From positions 18,170,848-18,234,847 of the forward strand of contig CM120643.1 in assembly GCA_051362555.1 (NCBI GenBank): a DNA stretch of 64,000 bases. The letters are read 5' to 3'. How positions within the stretch are numbered: the stretch's first letter is position 1; each line of letters begins with the position of its first letter. The notes under the pieces are model-generated. The model was not told where the DNA came from, ran no database searches, and saw nothing but the letters and a program-made list of their open reading frames with translations. Made by a program: the position numbers and the translations under genes. Below, one piece after another: positions 63,291-64,000 of this stretch. The stretch comes from Lingula anatina (lineage: Eukaryota; Animalia; Brachiopoda).

Positions 63291-63692
63291 GGCAACATGA
63301 GTTTTTATTGAATAATTTCGATTAAAAATGTATAATTCCTATTAGATTTTCACATTTGGTCTTACTACACAGTTAACGCTAATGCTGCCATAGAAGGCCT
63401 TATCCCAAGAGAAATATAATACTAGAAAAACGTATGAAGATGTGGTCTTAAATTCAGACGTGCATTGTGTTTACCCTTTATGACGCAATATAAAATATGT
63501 TCATCACGTCATATTGTTTCAGGTCTTACTTCGTCATTAACGTTGGTGCTTTAACGGCCATAACAGGGATAAATTACATAGAGAATGTTGACGGTTACTG
63601 GTTGGGTTTCATGTTTGCCCCGCTGTCTCTTACCATAGCGCTAATTGCCTTCCACCTCACCAAAAAATGGTGCACGGAAAGAGACAATCCAA
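59829..63692 (+). CDS. SLC15A4-like POT/PTR2-family transporter, paralog 2 (partial; continues beyond the window)
   Basis: Exons 59829-60042, 61881-61979, 62212-62255, 62998-63131, 63523-63692; intron positions match paralog 1. Motifs CERLAYYAI, GIIADTLLG, PYGADQ, SFFHWSYFVINVG; dileucine EGLPLL. Confidence 0.88.
61072..61245. mobile_element. MITE family C, copy 3 (3'-truncated)
   Basis: Aligns to 53975-54135 (TAGATCGATCTATC...CACTAGATTACTGTCAG...GCTGTAAGGGGGTAATTAACT). Confidence 0.7.
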
Positions 63693-64000
63693 GTACGTTG
63701 CCTACTTTCTTTATACATTATTACTTAAACCGTGGACTATTTTGTAAACCGTATATACATATTTTTTAGTTCCACTGTAAAATAATCACAAAATCATCTG
63801 TATACCTAGTTTGAGCAATGACAATTGGACAATTTGCGTAATCCTAAGAATGGAAGAATGGGATCCCTTTAGATTTGTACAGGTTAGGTATAGGTTCCGT
63901 CAAAAGGCAAGGGTCGGTGACGAATGTCACCTGCACGAAATGTTAGGAGAGAGCTTGTCATTCTTTCTACACTAGCCTCACAAAAGAACTGGAGATTTTA

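Overview
AT-rich animal genomic DNA, probably a marine invertebrate (species cannot be determined from the sequence), with spliced genes, microsatellites and several MITE families. From left to right: (1) a minus-strand gene encoding CARD + two UBA-like repeats + an acidic linker, running off the left edge; (2) two minus-strand copies of an 8-10-exon non-RD Ser/Thr kinase gene with a degraded promoter relic between them; (3) a head-to-head FAM210A / RNMT pair; (4) a third, inverted kinase copy; (5) two tandem SLC15A4-like POT-family transporters, the second running off the right edge. The most unusual element is the kinase cassette. Each copy has two positionally conserved CRE sites upstream and a 65-bp tandem array starting 14-33 nt after the stop codon (10, 10 and ~3.75 units). 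Copies 1 and 3 also share a candidate alternative terminal exon that would give a kinase-less isoform, and the copies show patchwork homogenisation consistent with gene conversion. All exon models were read by hand from GT/GC-AG signals and frame continuity; none is confirmed by transcripts.
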